From Thalia democratica (lineage: Eukaryota), in contig OZ241833.1 of assembly GCA_965202585.1 (NCBI GenBank), positions 27,528,001 to 27,592,000 on the forward strand: 64,000 nt of DNA. Reading direction: 5' to 3'. Made by a program: the position numbers and the translations under genes. This document shows positions 58,707-64,000 of the stretch, in pieces. Within the stretch, counting starts at the first letter, position 1; every line of letters begins with the position of its first letter. The notes beneath the pieces are model-generated. The model was not told where the DNA came from. It searched no databases and saw only the letters and a program-made list of their open reading frames with translations.

Positions 58707-61700
58707 TAGTATATCCTTGCTAGAAGGCTATTTTTTATAACATTTTACAGTCTATAGATTGTTCAATATTCATTGTTCGGTTATTCTAACAAAATTTTAT
58801 GTAATATACTTAAACCATCTACATCAAGTTAGATTCTTAGGTTAATTGGCTTTTACAAAAGAAAAGATTTATTAAAACTTCGCTCAGTAGTTCCTTGATT
58901 ATTGTACTTAAAAGTATATCTATTAAATGTTAAGTACGACTTAGAAATATTTGTTTAGTTACCAACTGCGTTAAACTCAATTAGGTTAAATTATGGTTTT
59001 ATAGTTTTTCGAAATTTGTAGGTTATAAAATCTATATGTTCACTCGATAAGAATTTTTAGTTAAACATAAGTAATACAGAGTTCTATAATTTTTAAGATA
59101 GTAAAAAAAACATGATTTAGTCTGTAATTTAAAATATTTTATTACTTTCTTTTTTTTTTCCTAAAAACTTACTAAATTAAATTTGTTTTTATCTGCACGA
59201 AGAATTTATTTTCTCATTGATTTTTTTTTAATTATAACAAAATTATTGTATGTATATACATTTACACATGAACTTTTAAAGCGTACCAAATTTCATAATA
59301 CACTGTTTACACAACTACATTTAGTAAAAATTATATTTTTTAATAAAAATGATAATCCTATTTTTTATTTCAAAAGCTAAATTAGATTTAAAGCAGCCAG
59401 CTGAATGAAAATCTCGATACAGAAAAATTGTACTGAAAAATGAGAGAGGGTAAACTTTTTCTTTTGTTCTAATTCGAGATAATCATGACGTGCTGTTGTC
59501 TCGGTCGAAGCGATTTGTGAGCTCTCTGTAGTTTTCATTTCTGACCGTTTATTTTTGCTGCTATTTCGATTGACAGGCATACATTTCAAACGAACCGTTT
59601 CCTACCGAGGCACCTGCGATGTTTGAATGTTGGTGAAGCGTTCACCGTCAACTTTAAATAAAAAAACTCATTCAAGAGCGCAGTTGCGAATCATTAGTTG
59701 TCTTAGCACAAATAGATTTTTATGTAAATAAAGAATCTATCTTAAGACTGACGGTTGTAAAAATGACTATAAAACGTCGATTAAGCCGGACTGTAAAACG
59801 ACGTTTTCCTATAAATCGTATGTTTTTAATGCAGGCCTTAAAATAAACGGCAGCTAAATGCAAACTTTATTCACAAGGTAGTTTACTGACAGTTTATTTT
59901 GTTGACGAAATTTTTCCAGACTTCGTGCATTGTTCTCTTTTTATGACCTATCGATTAAATTGTAAAAGTTTTTTAGTTTTTTAATATATTTGAAATTTTA
60001 TATCATTTTATGCTTATAACAAAAAACCATATAGTAGCAAAAAATTAAAAATCTTTAAAAATAATTTAAAAAAGGATTTTTTAAAACACATAATAACTTG
60101 GTTTTGTTTTTTTCTTTTAAATCTCTTTAAAACTATATAACAATTGATTAATTTCGATAAAACTTCTACAAAATTGTAATTATCAATTTTTAAAACTGTT
60201 TACTTAATTTACTTTGCCAAATTTTTACAATTTGCATCGAAAAATAAATTTATTTAATTGATTAACAGTTTTTCATAAACTAGAATTTGTATAAAAATTT
60301 TAATTTATAAATGTATAATGAAACATCCTGTTCAGTAATTGGGTTAAAAATTCGATTCAGCAAGCTTCAAAGGCCGCACTTGACTTTCACTTCCATTCTT
60401 AATACGCGAGCCACTTAAAAACAATTTTAAATTAATGAGCAGCATGCAAGTTTATTGCGAGCAACTAAATCTGGCTACTTATATGAAAACAAAATTGTGA
60501 ATGACGCAAGATAAAAGGTGAGAAATTTTCACTTTGATCACAAATTTGCACTACAAGCTCTGTATGCTTTCTTAATACAGTTTTGTTAAGGTTTATGAAA
60601 TTTTTCGAGCCAAATCCTCGTGTTTTGAGCACAAGTTTTTATTAAATGGGGGAAAGTTGTTATTGTTGTTCGCTGGTTCATTGCTTGCCCCACTTGATAG
60701 TTCAACAACCCTTCATTTTTGTGAAGGCTGAAGTTGTCTGCCTCAAGTCGAGTGTAATTAGCAGCAACTTGCTTTGTTCAAATCTACCAAATGTTTAAAA
60801 CTGCACTTAAACAAAGCAGCTAAGAATATATTTTATTTTTTGCTGAATGAATCTTGTGTGCTTGAGTCAAGCTTTGCAAGTTGAGAAATTCAATTAGTGT
60901 TTGAAAAAATGATTAGTAATTTTTTTTTTTACTTTACTAATTGTTTTAAAACAATGTCTTTAAGATATTATTAGGTTTTAAAAAAATAACATGTTTAATA
61001 AAAGTTTCAGTCTTTTTGGATATTTACTTATATTATTTTAGATATTTTAAATTTACTATTTGAGTTGATTTTCAACTTCAAACTAATTATATACTTGTCC
61101 TAAGGATTGATTTGTAAACAAAATGCGCATGTTAAGTTTATGTGTACTAAATGTTCAAACACAACTAAAACAAAATATTTTATTTAGTAAACTAATTAAT
61201 CTTCATGAAATGATTAAAAGCAGAACAACCTACTTATAGTTTATGTTTTGAAATGATTACCTTACTTTAATAATAAGTATAGTCTAATTTTAAACAGTTT
61301 GACATGTTTAGTAAAAATTGATAATAACCTCGTTTTCTCATAACCTTTTGTTCTGTTATTAATTGTTTCTTATAATATATATATTATTTATAAACTTCAC
61401 TAAACATACTTGTATCTAACTTGACAATTTTACGATAGGTGAAGTATTTGGGCCAACTGTGAGACAGTATTACCCTCAACCAATAGGAGAAGAGATTTCC
61501 AGAGTCATTATGTACGATGGAACAGTAGTGAAAAATATGAAGGATGGTTCAACACAAGTCAGATTAAATTATATATATATATATTTAATCTGGTTTTAGT
61601 TTTAGTAATGAGTCGATTTTTTTTTTTAATATTGACAAAACATATTTTTACTTAAAGAAAAACAACTATAATAAAGTTAATTTCTACAATTTAATTATAA

Positions 61701-64000
61701 AAATTCTTATATATATAAAACACGCATGGTAAAGTTGTTTATACTAAAAAATTTTACAAAAAAATACTTTATCTAAGTTCTTAAACCTCTTTTTCAAAGC
61801 ATCAAAATGTTAAATATTTTGTAATAATATATATGCATTTAAATATTTCTACTGTTTACATTAAATATGAAACCATAAACCAAGTTTTATCTGACTTAAT
61901 TAATCTTCATATGATCACTTAAACCTGAAAACATTTATGTACAGGTTTTATGTTTGGACGGAACAGTTCACACAGCAGGTTTCGATGAAGGTAATTACCC
62001 TAAAGACGACCAAAACACCCCTAATTCCCCAAGTTATGTTGGGGACAGTTACAAAAAGAGTGAGTATAACTTATATGTTTCTGAATTAGAATTCTATTTA
62101 TCTCTTAGTAAAAGTTAAAGCAGGATTAGATTGGTGAGCTCAAAATTTAAACAGTTTAACCAGGTTCATATTAAAGGCAACACAGAGCTTTAAATAAGTT
62201 GTTATCATCGATGTTTCTGACTATTGTTTCGTCGTTATTTGCAGCAACTATTAAAGCAAAAATAATATTTAGAAATAAATTTTAAAATAAAACCATACAT
62301 AGTGACATACTATCGATATAAATTACTAAAACAACTTGAATTTATTTATTTTTTACTAGTAAAATCACAGAAAAAAAGCCTAAGTATAAGTACTAATTCA
62401 TTATATTAAAGTTACTGGGAAATCAACTTAAAATAAATCATAAAAATTTTCATTTATCAAGTTTAACGCCAAATTAAAAACTCAATAGCGGTATTGTCAA
62501 AAGAGTTAAGAGTTAATCGTTAAAGAATTATTTCAAAACTTTTCTTTGTTGCTATCACCCCTTTTCATCGCCACTCGAAAATCTTTCATCGCAATTAATT
62601 TTCTCACGACAGACTCTGTGGTGCAAGGGGGCGTTGTGAAAGGAGGAAATGGGAGAAAATCCAACGCAAAGGAGGAGAAAAGGGCCTCCAACTCTCACCG
62701 AAATCCAGCAGTTTACCTCCAACCATCCGAAATTTACAAGTTTATAAAACTGTTAATTATAAAAAAAAATTACTAAACTATAAGTTCTAAAACATTTATA
62801 AAGTCTTTGCAACAATACATAAAAACTTGTAAGTAATTCTGCATGTTTCGCTTTTAAGTTGTAAACTAAAAATATATTAAAAACCCATTAAATTTCGGAA
62901 ACCCTCTGTTTTTCTTGAGTTAATTCATTTAACTTTAAAACTCATGAATGACAGGATGTTTTAAAAGAAAAGCAGTTTTTTTAGATATAGTAGTAATTTC
63001 AATCAAAAATAAAATAATGAAATACTTTACATTTTCTTCTGATACATTATCTTTTTATTCTAACTAATTAACCAATCACAGGTTGGATGGTGGAGATCAT
63101 ACGGACCAATTGTGGCAGACTACGTCAATATGCGGTGACGTCAGCATCACGTGCCACAACAAACCTTCTCAGCCAATCACCAAGCGAGTTTGCTACGTCG
63201 CCAAGGACCCAATCACTAGAGAGGTGAGTTTGAAAACAAAAGCAAAATTTATTTAGTTTTATTGACTTTTCATGACTAGATAAAACAATATTCTATATTT
63301 CCTAAAGATGGTAGTAAAATTCAAACATCAATACTCATTTAGTAAAATGTTTTTTGGAAAAAAGAAAAGGTTTTCAATATTAAATCGAGCGGCACTAATC
63401 CCAGCTGATTGATCCTTTTCTCTTATTTCAAACAAAATCTTGTTTGCAGTAAACAAATAGTTTATGCTAAAATCGCCATCTATTTTGCCGGTAATTACCT
63501 TCACTTTGCTAGCAATTGTTACCCCAAACAAGCTTACAAAAATCCTATGAAGTTCAACTGAAATTGACATTAATTTTAATTGCTTTTTTTGCTTTATTCA
63601 TGCGTTAAAGTGCATTAAATTGCATTTGAACTGCTTTAATTTTCTCTTCAATTTCTAAGATAAAGTTTCATACCCAGTTTAATTGACTTGTAATTCCATT
63701 TTAGTATCTTGTAAGTTTTCTATTGACAGTTTAATTATTTTAAATAGTCAAAATATCCTGTATTTCAACTTAGCAATTTTTTAACTTTAAACTGTTTAAC
63801 CTGTTTTTATTATCTATATATCTTACAATGTTTAAATCATTTTTCATCAATTTAACAAACTTTATAAATTTGAAAAATACTAAAAAGAAGTTTCTTAGAC
63901 CAATTAGATTTTCGTGTTCTTTTAACAACTTGCGGGTCAATATCACATATACTTGTTTCATTTTTATCAATATGGGTGAATCACACGAGGGGTCAGCAAA
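58707..64000 (+). repeat. Tandem segmental unit D (partial)
   Basis: Collinear with the first ~5.3 kb of unit B, up to the start of the intron-4 conserved block. Confidence 0.95.
61439..63223 (+). CDS. SPAG17: SPAG17/PF6-like C-terminal half (module D; first 4 exons, cut off by window end)
   Basis: Exons 61439-61557, 61945-62059, 62613-62739, 63082-63223 have the same lengths and phases as exons 1-4 of A-C. The window ends inside intron 4. Confidence 0.85.

Noticed and set aside
1-64000. Simple uncollapsed diploid haplotypes as the explanation for the repeat
   Set aside because: Four distinct collinear versions with private insertions exceed two alleles. A pooled-sample or scaffolding artefact is not fully excluded without reads.
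1-64000. tRNA, rRNA, snRNA, known miRNA, CRISPR array, or autonomous transposase/RT ORFs
   Set aside because: None recognised by eye in the conserved blocks or elsewhere. A covariance-model search was not possible, so small RNAs are not formally excluded.

Overview
AT-rich eukaryotic (invertebrate metazoan) genomic DNA. Frequent GTY-type splice donors and abundant TGACGTCA/CCAAT motifs suggest an ascidian, but this is inference only. The whole window is a head-to-tail array of a ~19-20 kb unit: three full copies (A 1-20391, B 20392-39785, C 39786-58706) and the start of a fourth (D 58707-64000). Each unit carries 22 coding exons (3,257 nt, about 1,085 codons, plus a possible 23rd terminal exon). 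These encode only the C-terminal half of SPAG17 (PF6, central-pair protein, ending in the PapD/ASH-like domain). Each module begins at an unpaired phase-1 splice acceptor, keeps identical exon lengths and open frames, and ends in its own stop and AATAAA. No 5' half of SPAG17 is present in any unit, so how these headless but apparently intact modules are expressed is the main open question. Introns and spacers hold eight conserved non-coding blocks rich in transcription-factor motifs. Copy-specific insertions include two MITEs, a LINE 3' fragment, and, in copy A, two Penelope-type elements each carrying a minimal type I hammerhead ribozyme on the minus strand. All alignments and counts were done by eye; no database searches were run.
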